From the NCBI GenBank assembly GCA_963514005.1, contig OY740783.1, forward strand, positions 20,646,001 through 20,710,000: 64,000 nucleotides of DNA, given 5' to 3'. Of this stretch, positions 62,821-64,000 are shown one piece after another (within the stretch, counting starts at the first letter, position 1; the number at the start of each line of letters is the position of its first letter). The DNA comes from Raja brachyura. Its lineage: Eukaryota. The translations under genes and the position numbers were made by a program. The notes beneath the pieces were generated by a model. The model saw only the letters and a list, made by a program, of their open reading frames with translations, was not told the origin of the DNA and did not search any database.

Positions 62821-64000
62821 CCTGATGGGCTGGATAAATGCTGAAGCTATTGCTAAGATGATTCAGTACATATATCTCAATGCATACAGTTCTCTTATTG
62901 GAAAGGTTTGCAGAAACCAGGGCCGATATTTCCTGGAGTTTAGAAGTTCATGGTGAGATCTGAACTTTTTTCAAGCTATAATTTGGGAGGGATTGACGAG
63001 GCAGATTGAGGCAAATGAGTTGAGGCGGTATTTATGGACTTCCAGGAGATGTTTGATGAAGTGCCACATTGTAGATTTGTCATCAAGATAGCCAACTGTG
63101 GAATAAAATTGGGTGTAGCACCATTGTTAGAAAACTGGCTAAGTAATAGAGTGATACAGTGGAAACAGGCCCTTCGGCACAACTTGTCCACACTGGCCAA
63201 CATGTCCCAGCTACACTAGTCCCACCTACCTCCATTTGGCCCAAATCCATCCGTCCTATCCATGTACATGCGACTGGAAGCAGAGGGTAGTGTTTTTTTT
63301 TTTTGGATTGGGTGGAAACAGACAGTGAAGTTCTTCAGGGATCAGTGTTATGGCAACATATATTTTAATGACTTGAAATCTGGTGTACAAGGCACTGTGG
63401 ACACACCGCAGATGACACAAACGTGGAGGTGAGGAAAGATGGTAATATACTTGAGGAAGATGTAGATGAGTCGATGGAATGAGCAGACACGCAGAAGATG
63501 TTGCTTTTTTTGTTGCAAGAAAGATCATCAATCCTCCAACACAGCATAATGCATTTGGCTGCTTTGCCCCGAAATTCTGGAATACCCTTCCTGGACTTCT
63601 CTGTCATTCCAACTTTGTCTCTTCCTTTAACAAGCACCTTAAAACATACAACTTTTATCAAGATTGTGTTATTTGGTCCTTTCATCTCTGTGGTCATAGA
63701 GTGATACAGTGTGGAAACAGGCCCTTCGGCCCAACTTGCCCACACCGGCCAACAATGTCCCAGCTACACTAGTTCTGTGCCAAGTTTGTGTGGCATCACA
63801 CCAGGGAGCTGCTGCATTAAATGCACCAAGTTGTTTGCAGTTATTATGCGACTTTTGCCATGTAGATTGTGGACAGAGCAGATGTGAGCTGGACAGTGGA
63901 GTTAGTATTAATCCATCGTATTAGTTTATGAGCATTACAATAAGATGCAGACAGCTGTAGAGGCCAATGGATATTTTAAAGACGGAGATTGACAGTTTCC

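Overview
Eukaryotic (vertebrate) genomic DNA. The repeat content (HE1-type V-SINEs, CR1/HER1-like LINEs, Penelope-like and Rex1-like elements) suggests a cartilaginous fish, probably a skate or ray; this is inference. The only host gene is RASGRF2 on the + strand: 11 consecutive in-frame GT-AG coding exons (1509-62234, 1837 nt, about 612 aa). They encode the IQ motif, DH, second PH and REM regions and probably match human exons 5-15. Everything else is intron packed with nested transposon debris. The most notable unannotated signal is RNA structure. A ~140-bp TSD-flanked retroposon (4592-4731), sense to RASGRF2, begins exactly with a complete minimal HDV-like ribozyme fold. A second HDV-like fold heads a bipartite RTE-like element (58211-58522, - strand). 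Many Penelope-derived mini-elements carry minimal hammerhead cores. All folds were read by eye; none has been tested.
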